From Eledone cirrhosa (taxonomy: Eukaryota), in the NCBI GenBank assembly GCA_964016885.1, contig OZ024759.1:14322001-14386000 (forward strand): 64,000 nucleotides of DNA. The letters run 5' to 3'. Of the stretch, positions 55,698 to 64,000 are shown in pieces (the stretch's first letter is position 1; the number at the start of each line of letters is the position of its first letter). The notes below the pieces were generated by a model. It worked only from the letters and a program-made list of their open reading frames with translations, did not search any database and had not been told where the DNA came from. The position numbers were made by a program, and so were the translations under genes.

Positions 55698-56493
55698 CCC
55701 CCCCCCTGTCTCCCTCTCTGTCTCTGTCTCTTTTTATTAGTTAGCACCCTAAAATGCCAAGTCAAATGTCAACATGCTTGATTGATTTGGAGAAAGCGGA
55801 TCAGGGAAAGAAAAGCTAACTACTTTGTCTTGTGTTAATTTCAGGGGGATTTTTTTTAGGGGTCTTAAGTCAATTGAACCAGCTACCTGTATGTTTGAAG
55901 TGGGTAGACGTCTGTCAACCCCAGATGAGTACAATGATACAATAAAGGATACTTTAAGAAGATATTTATAAATGACAGCTTAAGAAGATTTCTCGTTGGT
56001 ACGGGAGCCGATCCATCGAGGACAATTCGACCTGCATGAAATAGCAGCCCAAAATTTTACCTCAGCAAATGAGAGGAGGCCAACATATTTCTAATGTAAG
56101 ATACAGCAGGAACCTGCCGGTCTCGACCGTGGTGAGGGCAAGCGCCCAGATGCAGGGCCGAACTTTCACCAGCTGGGGCATTAAGCTATATTTAATTTAT
56201 GGCCCTTCTCTAAAAAATGTTAAATAATTATAGATTTTTATATCAATGTTAATGGTATAAAATAAATTACATACATATATTCTCTTCCTGCTATTTCAAG
56301 CGTTAACCTAATATATTCCATACATGTACTGTATCGTTTGTGTTGTTATTTCTGTTTACCTTTTACACACATACACACACACACACACATATATATATTT
56401 ATATATATACGTTATTCCGGGTTGAATCGGAGGTAACCACAGTAAGTAAGGTACTCAATACATAGCAGAGTATAAAAGTTTTAATATAGATGA

Positions 56494-56542
56494 GATTCTA
56501 CAGGACTAGAACTGTTTCATTCTTTAGAAATCATCAGGAATC
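56494..56542 (-). ncRNA. Type I hammerhead (left arm)
   Basis: Reverse complement of 56547-56595. Confidence 0.85.
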
Positions 56543-56546
56543 CAGG

Positions 56547-56595
56547 GATTCCTGATGATTTCTAAAGAATGAAACAGTTCTAGTCCTGTAGAATC
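56547..56595 (+). ncRNA. Type I hammerhead (right arm)
   Basis: gattc-CTGATGA-tttc-taaa-gaat-GAA-acag-ttctagtc-ctgt-a-gaatc. Confidence 0.85.
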
Positions 56596-56610
56596 TCATC
56601 TATATTAAAA

Positions 56611-56677
<67 letters not shown>

Positions 56678-56719
56678 TATGTGTGTGTGTGTGTGTGTGT
56701 GTATATACACGCACACGTA

Positions 56720-57067
56720 TACGCACGTGCACACGTATAGCTTTATATATGAAACGGCTTTTTTTCCATTTCAGGTAGACGTCCTCCATTATCCACTTTT
56801 CTCAAAAAGTATATCATACACCAAACGCCAGCATCAACAGTTTTCTAAGAGTTGGTAATATGAATGGACCTGTTATTTTTCACTAAAAACATTTTTTCAG
56901 ATTCCACCCTGCCCGTCCCTTCAATCTTTCTAATTTCTCCTTCTTTCTTCTGATGAAGGACTAGCGTCCGAAATGTTAAGACCTTCTTCCTGCTATTTCA
57001 AGCGTTAACCTAATATATTCCTTCCATAGACTGTACCGATTGTGTTGTTATTTCTGTTTACGTTTTA
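56720..57067 (+). mobile_element. Penelope pLTR copy with a minimal HHR (56946-56981)
   Basis: Homologous to 14960-15297; reads tcttCTGATGAaggactagcgtccGAAAtgttaaga. Confidence 0.85.
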
Positions 57068-57089
57068 CATACATACATGCATACATATA

Positions 57090-57275
57090 TATCATCATCA
57101 TGCTCATCATCATCATCATCATCACCATCTTTTAACGTCTGTCTTCCACGCTAGCATGGGTTAGACGGGAATTTTCCCACTTGAGTCAAGATTGATCGAG
57201 TGACCGTGTTTCACTCGTATAGGACTATACCTGGCAGGTTTTCTACGGCTGGATACCCTTCCTAATACCAACCAC

Positions 57276-57280
<5 letters not shown>
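57090..57280 (-). mobile_element. SINE 3' part with an RTE-type tail and (GAT)n
   Basis: Reverse strand: ttaggaagggtatccagccgtagaaa...aacccatgctagcgtggaagacagacgttaaaa-(gat)n. Confidence 0.65.
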
Positions 57281-57369
<89 letters not shown>

Positions 57370-58122
57370 ATGTGTGTGTTTGTGTGTGTGTGTAATTTTT
57401 GATGATTTAGTAAGTGTTAAAGAATAGAAACTAAGGATAAAATAAAAAATATATTTAAAAAACCGGGGCCCCCGAGGAAGGGCTGTGCAGCGAGTATCGC
57501 CTTAGAGAGAGAAATGGAGAGAGGGAGAGAGATGGGGAGAGAAAAGATGGAGAAAGAATGAGTGTGTGTGTGTAGGTATGTGTGTATGTGTGTCTGTGTG
57601 TGTGTGTATGTGTGTGTGTATGTGTGTATTTTTGTGTATATGTGTGTGAACGTGTGTGTGTATGTGTGTATTTTTGTGTATATGTGTGTGAACGTGTGTG
57701 TGTATGTGTGTATGTGTGTGTATGAGGAAAAAATAAAAAGAAGAAAATACACAAGAAAGGAAGAAAGCGGGACAGAAGGAATTTGTCTTCGGTCGATCTA
57801 TTTATGATCATCTGTGTTGCCTTCTTCCAAAAAACAAAACCAAAATAAAAAACAAAATGGATGCTATTCTAAAGCGGGGCGGTTACAATTTATAACGTCT
57901 GCCATCAAATAAGCAGACGACTGATTTGAAAGGCGGGAAAAATAGTGTTAGAAGAAGAGAGGCGTATATAATAGACGCACATAATATGAATTTAAGTTGT
58001 AGGGAGTTTCTTAACATAAACAGGACTATTTCTTTTACAAACTCCTTCATTCCATCTCCGGTTCTCTTTTCATCCTTTGCCTTCTTTCTCTAGAACTCTT
58101 TCATTTCTTTCCTTCTTCCTTC

Positions 58123-58178
<56 letters not shown>

Positions 58179-58610
58179 TTTGTTTGTTTGTTTTTTTTTT
58201 GTTTTTTTTGGGGGTTTTTTGTTTCTTTCTTTCTCTTTCATTCTTCCCTTTTCTCCTTTTTCCTGTTTCGTTATTTCTTTGTCTTCTATACCCCTCTCTC
58301 TGTCTCCCCCTTCTCTCTCTCCCCGCAGACACCACACATATATACGTTTCGAAACCGGATGTTACGCAGCCTACCGACGGTAGCTGAAAAAGCGAATATT
58401 GTTTTCCGTTTATCTGAGTCTCTTATGTGTTCTTGTCCGCGCTGTATTAATTTAACTCTCTCTCTCTATATATATATATGTAGGCACAGGCATTTATTTA
58501 TATATAAGAGATGGTGAAATGAACCAGCCTGCAATTTCTCCAATTTATTCCCTTTCTACTCCTGCTCATTTTCCTCTATCTTTCTATTTCTTCTTTGATT
58601 TCTCATTGTA

Positions 58611-58646
58611 TATTCTGATGAAGGTCTAGCGATCGAAACGTTAACA
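58611..58646 (+). ncRNA. Minimal hammerhead motif in a diverged pLTR (weak stem I)
   Basis: CTGATGA-a-ggtc-tagc-gatc-GAA-acgt-t-aac. Stem II shows a compensatory change relative to ggac/gtcc. Confidence 0.65.
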
Positions 58647-58763
58647 CTATTTCTATGTGTGAAACTAATAAGTGGGAAATTAATATATATATCTTAATTG
58701 AATTTCATCGTTTGTTGTGATTTTTGGTATACCTTTCACACACACACACACACATATATATAG

Positions 58764-58965
58764 TGGAGGAACGTGGCTTAGTGGTAAGGGTGTTCGAAAT
58801 ACAATTATAATGTCGTGGGTTCGATTCCTGGGTAGCGTGTTCTTGAGCAAAACAGTTCATTTCACGTTGCTTCAATATACTCAGTTGAAAATGAGTTTAA
58901 CCCTGCGATGAACTGGTGTCCTGTCCAGGGAGGAGTCTTGTACTCTCAGTTGCTTCACGCCATCA
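58764..58965 (+). mobile_element. tRNA-derived SINE (family 2)
   Basis: A-box tggcttagtgg, B-box ggttcgattcc and central aaccctgcgatgaactggtgtcctgtccaggg. Confidence 0.8.
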
Positions 58966-59214
58966 GATCAATAATGGAGTCGGATCTATAACTTCTATGA
59001 GTCACCTTCAGCCAATCCTCTGCGAAACGCGCGTAACAGGTCGACACACAATAAAAAAATAAATACAAGTAAACGAAACTTCATCATTTCATCCTTGTTC
59101 TTCTTTATATATATATATATATATATATATATTTCGTTTCTGAATTTGTTTAGCAAGATTCTTTATCTGAAAACGTGCGTTGAAACCGATATTGTTATAA
59201 TGATATACACGTAT

Positions 59215-59284
<70 letters not shown>

Positions 59285-59790
59285 GTATATATCATTATTG
59301 AGTAAAATGACAGGCGGCTCGACTGGTGAAATTCCTTCAAAGATTTATTTCGGCAAACACCATGTACGCTTCAGTGGCCAGGTTACGTAAGATCATGGTG
59401 ACATCATCAGGTGTATATTGCATAATAGTTATATAATAAAGGAATAAGGGTAAACACAATCCAAGAGGCTATAAGGAGAGAAAGCACAGAACAAAAATGA
59501 TTTTGACTCGAAGGCGATCAAGAGGGCCAGTTGTTGACAGTTTGACTGACCGCCATTAAGATTCAACATCAAAGATAGATGAGTTGCATAACGTCGAGTG
59601 CTTTTCGTAATATTACACCATGATTAACTATACAGAATAACCAGTTCTATCCAATGATGAACCACCAAACTTAAAAGCAACATATTTCCCGTAATCGAAG
59701 ACTTACTCTTCCCCTAAAATAAGTCTCCAATATCTGCCATGCGTCCTGGGGGCCGAAGGTTGTTTATTATTTTTTTTATTATATATATAT

Positions 59791-59931
59791 ATAGGAAAAG
59801 AGTCAGGACCCCGACGGGTGAGCCCCGCCGTCGGGGTCCTGACTCTTTTCCTATTACCCACTGTACTACCCTAAGTATTGTGTACTCTGGTGCGTTATGG
59901 TCCACCTGGTTCCTTTCAACACTTCCTTCGT

Positions 59932-59933
<2 letters not shown>
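59791..59933. mobile_element. Fold-back element (27-bp arms plus tail), same family as 41030-41223
   Basis: Arms 59791-59817 and 59828-59854. The tail tacccact.tactaccctaagtattg...ttccttcgtt is shared. Confidence 0.85.
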
Positions 59934-59963
<30 letters not shown>

Positions 59964-59988
59964 GATATAACAAATTGTCCTTTTTATT

Positions 59989-60023
<35 letters not shown>

Positions 60024-60055
60024 TTTTAGGATATAACAAATCGTCCTTTATATTA

Positions 60056-60103
<48 letters not shown>

Positions 60104-60589
60104 TACATGTATATATGTATAGGACTCTGTGTGAGCATATCTGGGTGTATGTGTGTATGTATGTTGACAGTGTTGTACCAACGGTAGCAAAGCAGCGCTG
60201 TAAGCAGTCAAAGTTATTAACTGTTAACTGTTACCTGTTAAACATCCTCACAAACGTCACTAGTGCTGGAAACCCACAAAAGTTTGTCTACCTTTCAAAG
60301 CACACAGACAAACACACACACACAGACGAACATACACACATGCTTACAGACACACATATATACACAAACATTCTCACAGACACACATATATACACAAACA
60401 TTCTCACAGACACGCATACAAACACAAACATGCTCACAGACAAACAGACACATAAACGTACAAACACACACAAACACATGCTCACAGACACACACGCACA
60501 CACACATGCACACAAAGATATCCACGCATATACATAAATGCACAGATGCAGGTACATATATATACGCACAAAAAACACGCATACATTGG

Positions 60590-60627
<38 letters not shown>

Positions 60628-60672
60628 ATATATATACATAACTGCATAATATATATACTACATATATACTTG

Positions 60673-60743
<71 letters not shown>

Positions 60744-60807
60744 CAAACTCACATATATTTAAATTTACACACATATATACATGTATATACAACAAACATG
60801 AAAATAC

Positions 60808-61071
<264 letters not shown>

Positions 61072-61072
61072 T

Positions 61073-61185
<113 letters not shown>

Positions 61186-61367
61186 TATATATCAGGAACG
61201 CCCATCACGGGACAAATCAAGAATGGCTTCTCTGTTAAGTCTTCTTGTGTCTGTTACAGTGTTTAAAGAGATTACCCGATAGTGATACATCACATATAAA
61301 ATAATATGTACACATACATATATAGATGTATACATACATATATACATATGCTTGTGTATATATATAT

Positions 61368-61447
<80 letters not shown>

Positions 61448-61521
61448 GCATATAGACATACGTACATAAATACATCAGGCATTCATACATATGCATACAT
61501 ATATAAGTACACGTATATATT

Positions 61522-61564
<43 letters not shown>

Positions 61565-61609
61565 ACATGCATACATACATATATACATGCACACACACAT
61601 ATACACACG

Positions 61610-61642
<33 letters not shown>

Positions 61643-61757
61643 TTGTCTGTGTGTGTGAGTGTAAAATTTCATATACATGTGATACTTGTTTCTTAAAAGT
61701 CATATGAATACGCTCACATACTTACAAGCATAGATACGTATATTTAGTCAACCTTAC

Positions 61758-61819
<62 letters not shown>

Positions 61820-61942
61820 ATATATCAATGAAGATCAGGTTTTGTTTGTCTTCTCATTTTATCGCCTTCGTCTTTCAATACATATATAACACATGCATAC
61901 ATACATATAAATATATATACATATATAATAATATATATATAT

Positions 61943-61993
<51 letters not shown>

Positions 61994-62509
61994 CATAATA
62001 GATGTAAAGTCACACGCACACACAAATATATATACATATATACACACACACTCATATATATATACACACATACTCACATAATATATATCTATACACAGAC
62101 ACATGTATATATATATATACATATATATATATATACATATATATATACATATATATATATATATACATATACATACACACATATATAATATAAATGAAAA
62201 ATTAAAAAAAAAACATAAGCCACCACAAAAATCTACAAAAGACGAAAGTACTACTTTTCTTCATGTTGTTTTGGGCGTGCAAAGAGTTCGTAGTAACAAT
62301 GCAGACGAGACGACGAGGAGTGAGGGTTTGTTTGAAAGTGTGAATGTCTGAATGCCACCAAATTTAAAAGAAAACCCGTGGATCTGGTTATGTTTACCAT
62401 TTTTATCCAATTCAACACCTCAGCTCATCATTATATTATCTTTTATTTTCTTATATTATACTTTTATTTGATTATTTGATTATGTGATTATTTTTTTTCA
62501 CGTTTATCT

Positions 62510-62556
<47 letters not shown>

Positions 62557-62691
62557 CAGGTGTGTGTGTGTATGTATATGTATATATATATATACACATA
62601 TATATATATATATATACGTATATAGGTATGTATACATACATATATGTACACATATATGTATGTATACACACACATATATAGATATATATAC

Positions 62692-62780
<89 letters not shown>

Positions 62781-62949
62781 TATATATATGTACGTATCTG
62801 TATTATTCTAAGGCTGGTATTCTTTCGTTAATAGTTAAGTTAGTGTTAACATGTCTAATTCAAGGAGAGCCACCAAAAAGCTAGGTTGGTGTCTTTTATT
62901 CTTTCATTTTGTTTGTTTCTTGTTTTCGCGCCAATCATCTTCCTCTTGT

Positions 62950-62998
<49 letters not shown>

Positions 62999-63144
62999 TA
63001 TGGAAATTGAATTGAATTTGTAGCTTTTGACTACAGAAAATAGTCTAATAATAATAGAGTGTGAGAGTCCCTGTATGTAGAAATGGGCATCAGCACACAC
63101 TCAATCCCCATATATATACACACACATACACACACACACGCACG

Positions 63145-63191
<47 letters not shown>

Positions 63192-63749
63192 GTGCGCGCG
63201 CGCACATATATATATTATATATATATATAAAGATATACCAGGTGTAGAGCACTCAATCTGTGGGACGAGTTGTAATATATTTGTTATGTTCACAACGAAG
63301 GCATACCTCTTTGAAAGACTTCAAGTAGGATAAGTTGGGTTCGCCAATGGAACTTGCGTTTCTTCATGTCATGTCTCTGTTGTAGTATTGGATTTAATAA
63401 TAATAGTAATAGTAATAATAATGGTTTCTACTTTTGGCACAAGGCCAGCAATCACCCAGTACATTACTGGTACTTTATTTTATCGACCCAGTAAGGATGA
63501 AAAGCAAAGTTAACCTCGGCGGGATTTGAACTCAGTCCGACCCTCTACCGATACTGCCATATTAATGGTTTGATTTATTGGCCAAAAGGACCAACAAATA
63601 GGGGACAATACAATAGGCGGGGACATTGGGGGTTTTACACAAATATCGACTAAAAATATAAATATCAATAACAAAATAGCAAGAAAAAATACAAACAATA
63701 GAGTTCTCGAATATTTATAACAAAATGGACTCTTTTAAATTTATCCAAG

Positions 63750-64000
63750 GTTTATGACTGTACAGATTTTAGCTTGGAGATCAGGGAGTTACTCTAGGTA
63801 GAGCCGCTACTTCTTCGAATTGAGATATCAGAGCTCTGATATTATGGCCATGTGGTTAGAATGTCTCATGAAGGAATCGCTGGACAGATTTTACGGGCAA
63901 AACCAACCTGCAGGAGATCCAAGGATAGACCCCGAGCAAGACGGTTCGATAACAACCATGAGCTTGGCTGGTCTCGCTTGGGGATCCAGTTGGATCAGTT
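63750..64000 (+). mobile_element. RTE (Expander/Rex3-like) LINE 3' fragment
   Basis: 'SLEIRELL*VEPLLLRIEISEL*YYGHVVRMSHEGIAGQILRAKPTCRRSKDRPRARRFD...LGWSRLGI'. Confidence 0.8.

Larger units (their letters stand above)
56411..56612. mobile_element. Fold-back pLTR-like element: ~66-bp perfect arms, 2-nt loop and left-side tail
   Basis: Arms 56478-56543 and 56546-56612. The tail is homologous to 13828-13895. Confidence 0.9.

Noticed and set aside
59335-59415. Minus-strand CTGATGA-hairpin-GAAA
   Set aside because: I could not find a stem I partner or stem III, so it is not called as an HHR.

Overview
Animal genomic DNA that is AT-rich, dominated by microsatellites ((TA)n, (CA)n, (GA)n, (TAG)n, (TGG)n, (TGA)n) and packed with decayed retroelements. 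The repeat landscape resembles a coleoid cephalopod such as octopus (inference). I found no credible host protein-coding gene, rRNA, true tRNA or CRISPR array, and almost all supplied ORFs are translations of simple repeats. Real coding remnants are non-LTR retrotransposons: CRE-like RLE, R4/Dong-like, RTE, CR1-like and a Penelope GIY-YIG fragment. There are also many tRNA-derived SINEs and one TTAA MITE. The most striking signal is a dense and diverse set of type I hammerhead-ribozyme (HHR) motifs: about 15 complete or near-complete motifs plus several halves, from roughly 9-10 families that look unrelated by eye. They sit in short non-coding Penelope-pLTR-like elements in (TA)n tracts, many of which form fold-back palindromes with a one-sided tail. 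All folds and alignments were read by eye, so coordinates may be off by a few bases.
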